Part shown: positions 37,836-47,739 of the stretch, piece after piece | Numbering within the stretch: position 1 is the first letter of the stretch | How the letters are laid out: every line of letters begins with the position of its first letter | DNA from: Sphingobacteriia bacterium | GTDB taxonomy: Bacteria > Bacteroidota > Bacteroidia > Chitinophagales > Chitinophagaceae | Length of the DNA: 64,000 nucleotides | Assembly: GCA_947456855.1 (NCBI GenBank) | Contig: CANGTR010000001.1 | Location: 13,318-77,317 of the forward strand | Reading direction: 5' to 3' | Notes under the pieces: generated by a model | Seen by the model: only the letters and a program-made list of their open reading frames with translations | Database searches by the model: none | What the model was told of the DNA's origin: nothing | Made by a program: the position numbers and the translations under genes

Positions 37836-40355
37836 TCATTTTGAAGTAGTCGTTTTATTTTTCATAGTTGCTTTACGCAAGTCATCTAATTTAGCGATGT
37901 AGATACTTCTTCCGTGTGTGCCTAAAACAATTTCATTGTCACGTGGGTGAATAACAAGATCATGCACCGGAACACTATAAGGCAACCCTTTGTTCCACAT
38001 CATACTGGTAGCTCCTCCATCAATACTTACATACAATCCACCATCGGTTCCAACATATATAATGTCCTGGTCTACTAAGTCTTCTTTCACAACATTTACT
38101 GGCTCAGCGGGCAAATCTTTGGCAATCTGTTTCCAGTTAGCACCATAATCGTCACTCACGTATACATAGGCATTGAAATGATCATTTCTATATCCATTTA
38201 AAGATAAATAAACCCTACCCTCTTTAAATGCACTAGCAGAAACCCTACTTACATATAATCCTTTAGGCAATTGTTTATTATTCAATAAAGTCCATGTATA
38301 TCCTCCATCCTTGGTAACATGAATATTTCCATCATCTGTTCCTGTATAAATTAAACCAAAACGCAAAGGGCTTTCACTCATGGTACAAATTGTTCCGAAC
38401 GGCACATCACCTTGATCAGGATTGGTACTTAAATCTCCACTCATTGTAACGGTGCTATCTCCTTTATTGAATGATCGATGAAACTTGTTGCTTCCATAAT
38501 AAAAAACGTCTTGATTATGTCTGCTAATTAAGATAGGTGTTTGCCAATTGTAACGCAATGGTGTTTCCCCTAAATCCCTTGATGGTCTAACAGATTTACC
38601 CCTTTGAAAACCAGTTGATGGTGCCCCTAATACTTGTCTGGAATAGGCTCCAAATTGAGACCCACTGTACACTGTTTTATTATCTCTCCAATCTACTTGA
38701 ACCTGCATCCCATCTCCACCATTAATACCTTTATAAGGATTCTCTCCATTATCAGTCCAGTCTAAATTCATTACCGATTTGCTAGATCCGTACCAAGTTC
38801 CATTGTCTTGCAAACCTCCATAAACATTATAAGGAGTAGCCATGTCAACAGCAATATTGTAGAACTGCCCAACAGCTGGAGTATTGGCTTTAAACCAATG
38901 TGCTCCATTGTCATAAGTAATATTGGCACCTCCATCATTTCCATTGATCATATGGGTTTCTTTATTTGGGTTGATCCACATTACATGATGATCTGAATGA
39001 ACATTTTCTCCACCAATAGTCTTGAACGTTTTTCCAGCATCTAAACTCATTTGTAATCCAACACCCGTTAAAACAATTTTGTTTTCGTTAGAAGGGCTTA
39101 GAAATACTTTTCCAAAATAATATCCATAAGTACTGTAGATTCCAATCGGATCTTTATGGGTTTTTACCCATGTTTTTCCAGCATCATCACTGCGATACAA
39201 TTCACAGCCGATGATTGGTGTTTCAAACAAAGCGGTATTGGCATCAAAAAGAAAATCGTAAATAGCTGTAGCAGCTAGTTTATCTGCCTGAACCATTTCT
39301 TTTAAATTAGTAGCAGTGTATTTTGCAGGAATGCCATTTCTGGGAGACTTTATAAAAGCATTGAGTTTTTTATCGTCTAAAGCAGCAAATTGCTCTTTAG
39401 TAAGCGCTTTAAAATCTGCCAATACATATCGAGTAGAATCTGCAGTTAAAGTAGTTGTAGTTGCTGATTTTCTAAAATTATTATCCACCACAGCATATAC
39501 AATATTGGGCTTTGCTGGATAAACAGCCAAGCCAATTCTTCCTACCCCATCACCGGAAGGAAATCCACTTGCTGCAGTTGAAACCAACTCCCAATTCTCA
39601 CCTCCATTGGTACTTTTATAAATACCACTTGTTTTACCGCTTTCTTCAAAATTCCAAGCCCTTCTGGTTTTATACCACATGGCAGCATATACTTCATTGG
39701 GATTTACCGGATTGATATCTAAGTCTACACATCCAGTATTTTCATCTACATACAATGTTTGTTTCCAGCTTGCACCACCATCGGTTGTTTTATAAACACC
39801 ACGTTCTTTATTGGCTGAATACAAATGCCCTAAAGCAGCAACCCAAGCAGTATTGGGGTCAGAAGGATGTAACTGAATTTTACCGATATGATGACTCTCA
39901 GGTAGGCCTATCCATTGCCAATTTTTGCCATTATCCGAAGACTTATATACGCCCAGTCCGGCATAGGTTGATCTACTGGCATTAACTTCTCCAGTTCCTA
40001 CCCAAATTATTTTATTGGCCCAGTTTACCGCAATATCACCAATAGTAAGAATATCTGTTGAATCGAATACTGGAACAAAACTTTGTCCATTGTTGTTGGT
40101 ATGCCAAAGACCACCAGTGGCATAAGCAACATAAAACTCAGTGGGATCAACTGGATTTACATCCAAGTCTACTACCCTTCCACTCATTACATTGGGTCCA
40201 ACATTTCGGAATCCGGTAGCATTGGCTATTGAATTTTGTTGAAGTGCTTTACGTTGATCGATCGTTTTTAATCGGTCATTGGCGTTTGTTGGTTTTACTT
40301 GGGCTAATAATTGGCTACAAGCAATAATTAACAGTAAAGAAAAGATTTTTCTCAT
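37836..40355 (-). CDS. VPS10/sortilin-like BNR-repeat beta-propeller (often annotated glycosyl hydrolase)
   Basis: VGPNVMSGRV, many S/TxDxGxxW Asp-boxes, GGLQDNG; ATG 40355 gives a signal peptide. Confidence 0.88.
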   Translation of the reverse strand: MRKIFSLLLIIACSQLLAQVKPTNANDRLKTIDQRKALQQNSIANATGFRNVGPNVMSGRVVDLDVNPVDPTEFYVAYATGGLWHTNNNGQSFVPVFDSTDILTIGDIAVNWANKIIWVGTGEVNASRSTYAGLGVYKSSDNGKNWQWIGLPESHHIGKIQLHPSDPNTAWVAALGHLYSANKERGVYKTTDGGASWKQTLYVDENTGCVDLDINPVNPNEVYAAMWYKTRRAWNFEESGKTSGIYKSTNGGENWELVSTAASGFPSGDGVGRIGLAVYPAKPNIVYAVVDNNFRKSATTTTLTADSTRYVLADFKALTKEQFAALDDKKLNAFIKSPRNGIPAKYTATNLKEMVQADKLAATAIYDFLFDANTALFETPIIGCELYRSDDAGKTWVKTHKDPIGIYSTYGYYFGKVFLSPSNENKIVLTGVGLQMSLDAGKTFKTIGGENVHSDHHVMWINPNKETHMINGNDGGANITYDNGAHWFKANTPAVGQFYNIAVDMATPYNVYGGLQDNGTWYGSSKSVMNLDWTDNGENPYKGINGGDGMQVQVDWRDNKTVYSGSQFGAYSRQVLGAPSTGFQRGKSVRPSRDLGETPLRYNWQTPILISRHNQDVFYYGSNKFHRSFNKGDSTVTMSGDLSTNPDQGDVPFGTICTMSESPLRFGLIYTGTDDGNIHVTKDGGYTWTLLNNKQLPKGLYVSRVSASAFKEGRVYLSLNGYRNDHFNAYVYVSDDYGANWKQIAKDLPAEPVNVVKEDLVDQDIIYVGTDGGLYVSIDGGATSMMWNKGLPYSVPVHDLVIHPRDNEIVLGTHGRSIYIAKLDDLRKATMKNKTTTSK

Positions 40356-40392
40356 GGCAGTTATGTATTTTCGGAAACCGAATGTAAGTAAT

Positions 40393-41085
40393 ATGCGCTT
40401 TCTTTTGCTATTCATCCTCGTTTTTTTCTGCCTTGATACATTTAGTCAGTGTAAAACATTCCAATTGTCATCCAAAGGAGATACCCTTAATTGTACCGAC
40501 ATGAAAGGCTTAAAACAGGGAAAATGGATTAATAGATACCCTAAACTTAGGGGTGAACCAGGTTATGATGAGGAAGGGGTATATAAAAATGATCGAAAAG
40601 AAGGCATGTGGAGAACCTATAATTTGATGGGCGACATGCTGGCACAAGAAAACTTTAAATGGGGTAACAAAAATGCCAAATGCTACTATTTTACCATTGT
40701 GGGATTAGAGCATGAAGAAAGTTGGAGAGCAGTGAACCCCGATAAAGGGTTTGACACCATTGATGTTCAAGACTTAAAAGATCCCAATAAATACGAAAAA
40801 ACAATTGTAAAAACCGATGGAAAGTCTTTAAAGCATGGTATTTGGAAATATTATATTCCTGGCACAGGCAATGTGATTGAAACCCAGGAATATTTTATGG
40901 ATAAATTAATAGATCCAGCAGATGAGTCAAATGCTTTAATAGAAGATGCAAAAATTGCAGTACCCAGTAAAACAGATAGTATTGTACCCAAAAATACCAA
41001 GCCCAAAGAAGTACTGGAATTTGAAAAGAAAAATCCAAAGAAAACAAAGCCAAAATCTGGCAAAACAATTCCAGACCATATTTAA
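40393..41085 (+). CDS. Secreted MORN-variant repeat (YwqK-like) hypothetical protein
   Basis: Signal peptide from ATG 40393; repeats KQGKW, RKEGMW, KHGIWKYY. Confidence 0.65.
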   Translation: MRFLLLFILVFFCLDTFSQCKTFQLSSKGDTLNCTDMKGLKQGKWINRYPKLRGEPGYDEEGVYKNDRKEGMWRTYNLMGDMLAQENFKWGNKNAKCYYFTIVGLEHEESWRAVNPDKGFDTIDVQDLKDPNKYEKTIVKTDGKSLKHGIWKYYIPGTGNVIETQEYFMDKLIDPADESNALIEDAKIAVPSKTDSIVPKNTKPKEVLEFEKKNPKKTKPKSGKTIPDHI

Positions 41086-42065
41086 AGGTCGGTAATTTTG
41101 ATTCCTAAAGGAGCAATTAATGCATTGACCTTTTTCATTATTCCAGTTGATTTTTTTATTTTTCTAGCATAAAAACAAGGAATTGAATTGAATCGATCAT
41201 ATCCGTTACTGATAACCAATTGACGGTATTCATTTAATATTTGCTGAAGTAAAGGCAGACTAGCTAAATCAAATCGATTTTGATGTCTTGATAGTACGGC
41301 AGGATGCTCAAACGAATAGCCACTGATATGTAAAAAAAGCAACGGAAATTCATTGTTTACCATATATTGTTCATCAACCTTGCTGATGAATCTTTCATGT
41401 AAATTCCAATAAGCCAGATTTGCACCTGGGTTTAAAAAAATGCCAACGCCCTTAAAAAAAGAGGGCACCAGATTCAACCATAATTGATCTACCCCCATTC
41501 CTTCTGCAAAATTATAATAACATTCATCTTGCATATGTTTCATCCACCAATCAAAGAAGGCAAATACATTTTTCCCTGGCTTAAAAGCTAAAAACCCCCC
41601 ATTATAAATGCCAGAACGTAGCATATCTCTTTCCTTTGGCAAAAAAACATCATTGGGATAAGGTTTATCAATGTGCGGAGTTAATAAGATATCTTGAGTA
41701 TTTAATTCGGTTTCAATTGATTCAAATGAGTGAAATATTTGCATATCCGAATCTAAATAGATCAACAAGTCTGGCTGATAATGTAAAAGAATATGGTTAC
41801 CCACAAAGGCTTTCATGGCACAATTCAACTCAATCACAGTATATTTTTCAGCCATTTCCGCAAAAGATGGGATGGACAAATCCGATACTTCTAAAATTGT
41901 ATATGGTTCAAAGTCAGCAACAACAAATTGATTGTTTATTTTATCTGTCAACCCAATAATTACTTGATAGCTTGGATTAAACTGAATAAATGAATCAGCC
42001 ATTGTTTTACAATGAGCTAAGTGATTAACTGAACATACTGTATAAAGAATTTTTTTTAAGAACAT
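41082..42065 (-). CDS. Putative GT-A fold glycosyltransferase
   Basis: YLDSD DxD motif, YNGGF, DQLWLN. Confidence 0.7.
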   Translation of the reverse strand: MFLKKILYTVCSVNHLAHCKTMADSFIQFNPSYQVIIGLTDKINNQFVVADFEPYTILEVSDLSIPSFAEMAEKYTVIELNCAMKAFVGNHILLHYQPDLLIYLDSDMQIFHSFESIETELNTQDILLTPHIDKPYPNDVFLPKERDMLRSGIYNGGFLAFKPGKNVFAFFDWWMKHMQDECYYNFAEGMGVDQLWLNLVPSFFKGVGIFLNPGANLAYWNLHERFISKVDEQYMVNNEFPLLFLHISGYSFEHPAVLSRHQNRFDLASLPLLQQILNEYRQLVISNGYDRFNSIPCFYARKIKKSTGIMKKVNALIAPLGIKITDL

Positions 42066-42766
42066 TTTTGGGCAACAATAATGGTGTTTAAATAAAAATG
42101 ATCCGATTTGGGCAAAATAGGTTCAACGATAGAAAATAAGATATTCATACTTGGAACAACTATTTGTCTTATTATTTTTTTAAAAAAATTAAATCTAGAA
42201 AAAAAGAACACACGGTCTATCCAATGATCGTTGATATACAAGACAAATAATTGATGCAAGGCACTCAAAAAATGTCCATTCTTATCGGTTACAACAACCT
42301 TAAAGCCATTTTTCTCCAGCATATCTTTTAATGCAAATTGGGTATATCGGGCAAAATCAATTGGCGCTTCGTGCTCTTCCCAAGCAAAAGGACAAGTGAT
42401 TAAAATTTTACCCCCAATTTTGAGCACCCTGTTTAACTCAGGAAGAATATTTGGCAAGGTAAAAACATGTTCAAATACTTCACTTGTAAAAATCGAATCG
42501 AAATGAGCTGCTTCGAAAGGTATAGTAACTCCATCATAATAAACGTCGATACTTTCATTGGTATGACTATGGCCTTCACTATCATAATCTAATCCAGTAT
42601 AAGTGTTAACACCAGTAAAAAGAGATTGGTAAGGCTTTTCCCCACATCCAAAATCGAGTAAATCCCCGCTCAATTGTGGGGCATATAAACTAATTTTGCG
42701 GTACAACCCTTTTCGGATGTAGTACAAAGGATGCGCAATCGGCGGGTTAAAATTGACTGGAACCAT
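42056..42766 (-). CDS. Class I SAM-dependent methyltransferase (type 11)
   Basis: LLDFGCGEKPY, EVFEHV, LKIGG; ATG 42766. Confidence 0.88.
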   Translation of the reverse strand: MVPVNFNPPIAHPLYYIRKGLYRKISLYAPQLSGDLLDFGCGEKPYQSLFTGVNTYTGLDYDSEGHSHTNESIDVYYDGVTIPFEAAHFDSIFTSEVFEHVFTLPNILPELNRVLKIGGKILITCPFAWEEHEAPIDFARYTQFALKDMLEKNGFKVVVTDKNGHFLSALHQLFVLYINDHWIDRVFFFSRFNFFKKIIRQIVVPSMNILFSIVEPILPKSDHFYLNTIIVAQKCS

Positions 42767-42856
42767 AATGTATAATAAACAGCTTCTAGGTAGCAAGATA
42801 AAGCGTTTGTAGCATTATGATCCGAAAAAAATCATTTTTCTAAATAACATCGGAGT

Positions 42857-43954
42857 ATGACCATTCGATACGATTATCAAATTTTTTGTAAGCAACAATT
42901 TGGCGGAATTTCAAGGTATTATTATGAGTTGATCAAAGGATTGGAAGCCAGTGCCGAAACGACCATTCAATTGGATTTACTTTTTGCTGATAATCGATAC
43001 TTTCAAACACTTAGAGGAAATAACTCGGCTTGGAGTAAGCTGCATTTTAAAGGGAAAAAAGATTTTACTTACTTATTTGCAAAATTCTATGACGCATGTC
43101 AATTGAAGCATAAAACTTTTGATATTTTTCATCCTACCTATTACAACAGATCTTCTTTAGAAAGAACCAAGGGCAAGCCAATGGTGGTAACCATTCACGA
43201 TCTAATTGATGAAAAGTTTTTTATTGAAAATGATGGATTGCATGATCGACTTGAAGCCAGAAAAGCGCATATCGAAAAAGCTGCAAAAATCATTGCAGTT
43301 TCAGAAAGTACAAAAAAAGATTTGATCGATATTTACCATGTAGCACCTGAAAAAATTCAAGTGATTTATCATGGAAATAGTTTTACAAGATCTTTACCTC
43401 GTTTTTCTTTAGAAGCCAAATTACCTTCTCCTTATTTATTCTATTTGGGAAGACGGGATGGATACAAAAATTTTATTCCATTCATCAAAGCAGTAAAATC
43501 TTGTTTGCTGAACGATCATTCATTGAGTATGGTTTGTGCAGGTGGAGGTGATTTTACCAAAGAAGAATTGACCGTATTTGATGAGCTAGGAATTAGAAAA
43601 CAAGTCAAATTGGTACCCATCCTTTCAGATATGGAATTAGCCAGCTTTTACAACAATGCTGAATTGTTTATTTATCCAAGCTTGTATGAAGGTTTTGGAC
43701 TCCCCATTATAGAAGCCTTTCAATGTGGATGTCCGGTAATAACTTCCAATTGCTCTAGCATGATTGAAATTGGCGCCAATGCAGCTACTTATTTTGATCC
43801 TAAAGACGAGATATCCATTTTACAAACTGTTCAGCAAATGCTTTATAACAAACCTGATCAACAAAAAATGGTAGATATGGGTTACTCACGTGCTCAAGAT
43901 TTCAATTGGCCATCAACGGTTAATAAAACGCTTCAATTATACCATTCAATTTAA
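42857..43954 (+). CDS. Glycosyltransferase family 4
   Basis: FGGISRY, TIHD, YPSLYEGFGLPIIEA. Confidence 0.93.
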   Translation: MTIRYDYQIFCKQQFGGISRYYYELIKGLEASAETTIQLDLLFADNRYFQTLRGNNSAWSKLHFKGKKDFTYLFAKFYDACQLKHKTFDIFHPTYYNRSSLERTKGKPMVVTIHDLIDEKFFIENDGLHDRLEARKAHIEKAAKIIAVSESTKKDLIDIYHVAPEKIQVIYHGNSFTRSLPRFSLEAKLPSPYLFYLGRRDGYKNFIPFIKAVKSCLLNDHSLSMVCAGGGDFTKEELTVFDELGIRKQVKLVPILSDMELASFYNNAELFIYPSLYEGFGLPIIEAFQCGCPVITSNCSSMIEIGANAATYFDPKDEISILQTVQQMLYNKPDQQKMVDMGYSRAQDFNWPSTVNKTLQLYHSI

Positions 43955-43985
43955 TTAAAGTAGTTTCGCAAAACAAATAAAAAAC

Positions 43986-44732
43986 ATGAAGATCAAACCC
44001 ATAAAAGCATTTCGTGCACTTCTTGGTTTAGATGAAAACAAATCGACTTTTCCTGATGATTTTGAAGAAATACATCGGATAATCATTCAGAAAGTTAGAC
44101 CATATACAATGACAAGTGAGGAGCGCTTATTTGGGCTAATCGAGAGTGTAAAATATGTTATCCATAATAATATCCCAGGAGATTTTGTTGAATGTGGTGT
44201 ATGGAAAGGAGGAAGCATGATGACCATTGCAGAAACCTTAAAATATTTAAATGTAAGCAATAGACATTTGTATTTATACGACACATTTGCTGGAATGACC
44301 GCACCTACCGATGATGATGTAGATCAATTAAATAGAGACGCTGCATCTCAATTAAACCAAGACATCAACCAAAAAACAGAAAGTGTTGTTTGGGCCTATT
44401 CTGGATTAGAAGAGGTAAAAAAGAACATTGCCCGAACCAATTATCCTCCAGAATTCATTCACTTTATAGAAGGCGATATTCTAAAAACCATTCCTGCAAC
44501 CATTCCCAAACAGATAGCTTTACTTCGATTAGATACAGACTGGTATGCCTCTACTAAGCACGAGATGGAGCATTTGTTTCCGATTTTGGCACCCAAAGGA
44601 ATAATCATTGTAGATGATTATGGTTTTTGGAAAGGTTCGAGAAAAGCTGTTGACGAATACTTGAGTCAGCATGGAATTGCATTAATGCTACATAGAATGG
44701 ATGCAACAGGAAGATCGGCGGTGAAGTTATAA
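43986..44732 (+). CDS. TylF/MycF/NovP family O-methyltransferase
   Basis: GDFVECGVWKGGS, DTFAGM, LRLDTDWYAST, IVDDYG. Confidence 0.93.
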   Translation: MKIKPIKAFRALLGLDENKSTFPDDFEEIHRIIIQKVRPYTMTSEERLFGLIESVKYVIHNNIPGDFVECGVWKGGSMMTIAETLKYLNVSNRHLYLYDTFAGMTAPTDDDVDQLNRDAASQLNQDINQKTESVVWAYSGLEEVKKNIARTNYPPEFIHFIEGDILKTIPATIPKQIALLRLDTDWYASTKHEMEHLFPILAPKGIIIVDDYGFWKGSRKAVDEYLSQHGIALMLHRMDATGRSAVKL

Positions 44733-45515
44733 TTAGGCGTTTGCTAAACCCAAGTTTTTTTTGATTGCAAACAACCATTTACCCAAACTGGTACGGAGTA
44801 ATAAATGCAAAATTCTTAATCGGAATTGCCAAATTCTACACAGTATTGAAAACCCAAAATAAGATTCATAGATCTGGATATTTTCTTTCAATGAATCAAG
44901 ATATTGATTGGTACTGATACCCGAATCATCAAATACAGCAAGGGTTTCATTGATATACCCGTAGGGCTCATCTTTTAATCGGCACATTAAATCGTAATCC
45001 ATTCCAATTTTCAAATGGAGTTTAAAAGGGCCTACCCTATTGTACACTTCTTTTTTAACAAACCATGTTGGATGAGCAACAGATCGCATTCCCCGATACA
45101 ATTTATGTTTATCAAATGGCTTTCCAATAATGATTGGTGCACCTCCCCTGATAACTTGTATATTTCCACTAATCCAATTCACTTGCGGGTGCAAATTAAA
45201 ATAATCAGTTACCTTTTCAATCACTTGATTAGATCCATAAATATCTCCAGCATGCAATAAATGGGTAATAGAAAATTTTGCCAATTGAATGCCTTTATTA
45301 AATGCATCTGAAATACCTCTATCCCTTTCATTGATCCATTTTCGATAAGAAGGCTGTGGTGTAGTTAAAAGCCAGTTTGCAATATCCGAATTACTTGATC
45401 CATTAATAATCAGATGCTCTTGTGGAAGAACCGTTTGGTCATCAACAGACTTGCAGGTTCTTTGTAAATCTGCAAGATTATTGAAACAAATACTAATAAC
45501 AGAAACATCCAACAT
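44733..45515 (-). CDS. Glycosyltransferase family 2
   Basis: SVISICFN, DRGISDAFNKG, LHAGD, HPTWF, MDYDL. Confidence 0.88.
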   Translation of the reverse strand: MLDVSVISICFNNLADLQRTCKSVDDQTVLPQEHLIINGSSNSDIANWLLTTPQPSYRKWINERDRGISDAFNKGIQLAKFSITHLLHAGDIYGSNQVIEKVTDYFNLHPQVNWISGNIQVIRGGAPIIIGKPFDKHKLYRGMRSVAHPTWFVKKEVYNRVGPFKLHLKIGMDYDLMCRLKDEPYGYINETLAVFDDSGISTNQYLDSLKENIQIYESYFGFSILCRIWQFRLRILHLLLRTSLGKWLFAIKKNLGLANA

Positions 45516-45527
45516 AGGTATTTATGC

Positions 45528-46274
45528 TTATAAAGGTTTTGACAATTTTTCTAAAAACAATGCCAACCCTTTGCGTTTGGCTTCGTTTAATTCATAACTC
45601 AAATTAGTAGAATAGTAATAACGCATATCGTAATTATCAAATTGAACCGTTTTTAATACTTCATCCAAATGATTCACCCCATAAGCATTGGCCCTATTAA
45701 AAGCATCAATAAAATCCGGATCAACAGGTTTATTAGCCACCCATGCTGCAAATACAAATGGCAAACCAGTTAATGCCTTCCAAGCACTGCCTAAATCATA
45801 GGCAAATCGAGAAATTTTCCGCTGTTCAAAAGCCCGATCACCAATCACAATTCCAGCCGTTTTCCCTTTTATTTTATCTCTAAAATCGACACCTCCTTCT
45901 ACCAACTCTATGTGTTTTCCCCAATATTCTTTTAATAAAATCTTTACCAAATTAACAGAAGTTCTACTCTGATAATCTAGCAGTAAAGTATCCGCATCTT
46001 CTAATGGAACTTCGCTAAATAAAGCAACTGAAGCCACTTCCCCCTCTGTTCCAATACAATAATCAGTGATGATATAAGACTCCTCTAATTGGGGAATGAG
46101 GGCCACTGGAATCAACCCTATATCAATACTGCCGTTTAGTAACTTTTCGCCAATACTGGCAGGATGGTCTTCGATTAGGGATATTCGATCCATCAGCCCC
46201 GATTGCTTGACCCCATATAACAGCGGACGGGTATTCAAATAACTTACCGCTCCAACCCTTAAACTCTTGTTCAA
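45528..46274 (-). CDS. mqnA: Chorismate dehydratase MqnA (futalosine menaquinone pathway)
   Basis: VGAVSYLNTRPL, SRTSVNL, VIGDRA, DLGSAWKALTGLPFVFAAW. Confidence 0.88.
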   Translation of the reverse strand: MNKSLRVGAVSYLNTRPLLYGVKQSGLMDRISLIEDHPASIGEKLLNGSIDIGLIPVALIPQLEESYIITDYCIGTEGEVASVALFSEVPLEDADTLLLDYQSRTSVNLVKILLKEYWGKHIELVEGGVDFRDKIKGKTAGIVIGDRAFEQRKISRFAYDLGSAWKALTGLPFVFAAWVANKPVDPDFIDAFNRANAYGVNHLDEVLKTVQFDNYDMRYYYSTNLSYELNEAKRKGLALFLEKLSKPL

Positions 46275-46313
46275 TTCAGCTACTTTTGCACAAAGAAACG
46301 AATATATATCAAC

Positions 46314-47660
46314 ATGGAGCTAACCAACCTAACAGCAATTTCGCCTATCGACGGAAGATACCGTAAAAAAGTGAATCATTTAGACGAATATTTTTCAGAA
46401 TATGCCCTGATTAAATACAGGGTTTTAGTGGAGATTGAATACTTTTTCTTTTTAGCCGATCAACGATTTTTTAAACTTCCAACCAAAGCACGATTGCAGC
46501 TTAAAAAAGTATTGGATGAATTTAGTTTGGACGATGCCAGGCAAATCAAACAATTAGAAGCGGTTACCAATCATGATGTAAAAGCTGTTGAATATTTTTT
46601 AAAGGAACAAGCAGACAAAGCAGGCATTGGTCATTTAAAAGAGTGGATTCACTTCGGACTTACTTCACAAGATATTAATAATACCGCAATTCCATTAAGC
46701 TGGAAGCACGCTATGGAACATGAGTATCTACCCTCAATTATTAATTTACAGAATACTATTTATCAATTAGCTGCAAAATGGAAGGACGTTCCAATGCTGG
46801 CACGTACCCATGGGCAAGCAGCATCTCCTACCCGATTAGGCAAAGAATTAATGGTTTATGTAGAACGATTAAACAATCAGATAGAATTGTTTAGCAGCAT
46901 ACCCTATGCGGCAAAATTTGGTGGTGCTACCGGAAACTTCAATGCACATCAAATTGCATTTCCAAAAAGAAAATGGGTAGATTTAGGCAATGCTTTTGTA
47001 GAAGACACATTAGGTCTTCAAAGAATGCAGTTTACCACGCAAATAGAACATTACGATTCATTGGCTGCACAGTTTGATGCAATTAAAAGAATCAACACTA
47101 TTTTAATTGATTTGTGCAGAGATATTTGGACTTATATTAGTATGGATTATTTTAAACAACAAACCAAAAAAGGTGAAGTTGGTTCTTCTGCAATGCCACA
47201 TAAAGTAAATCCCATAGATTTTGAAAATGCAGAAGGCAATTTAGGAATTGCCAATAGTTTACTAGAACACCTAAGTGCCAAATTGCCAACCAGCAGACTG
47301 CAAAGAGATTTAACAGATTCAACCGTTCTAAGAAATATAGGAGTTCCTATCGCTCATATCAGTATATCTGTCAATTCATTGCAAAATGGTTTATCAAAAC
47401 TCATTTTGAATGACATAGCCATTAAAGCAGACTTAGAAAACAACTGGGCTGTTGTAGCTGAAGCAATTCAAACAATATTAAGAAGAGAACAATATCCAAA
47501 CCCTTATGAAGCCTTAAAAGAGCTCACGAGAGGTAAGGCTAAAATCGACAAAACCTCCATTCATGCTTTTATCAACTCACTAAAAATAAGTGCCGCACTT
47601 AAAAAGGAATTAAAATCAATAAGCCCTAGTAATTATTTTGGTGTAAATCCCACTTTCTAG
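46314..47660 (+). CDS. purB: Adenylosuccinate lyase
   Basis: ISPIDGRY, TNHDVKAVEY, RTHGQ, GSSAMPHKVNPIDFEN. Confidence 0.97.
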   Translation: MELTNLTAISPIDGRYRKKVNHLDEYFSEYALIKYRVLVEIEYFFFLADQRFFKLPTKARLQLKKVLDEFSLDDARQIKQLEAVTNHDVKAVEYFLKEQADKAGIGHLKEWIHFGLTSQDINNTAIPLSWKHAMEHEYLPSIINLQNTIYQLAAKWKDVPMLARTHGQAASPTRLGKELMVYVERLNNQIELFSSIPYAAKFGGATGNFNAHQIAFPKRKWVDLGNAFVEDTLGLQRMQFTTQIEHYDSLAAQFDAIKRINTILIDLCRDIWTYISMDYFKQQTKKGEVGSSAMPHKVNPIDFENAEGNLGIANSLLEHLSAKLPTSRLQRDLTDSTVLRNIGVPIAHISISVNSLQNGLSKLILNDIAIKADLENNWAVVAEAIQTILRREQYPNPYEALKELTRGKAKIDKTSIHAFINSLKISAALKKELKSISPSNYFGVNPTF

Positions 47661-47739
47661 TAATGAGAAGCAACCAATTTAATAGTTTGGTATTGTATTT
47701 GATTTGACAACCAATTATTAATGCTCAAATAATATTTGA

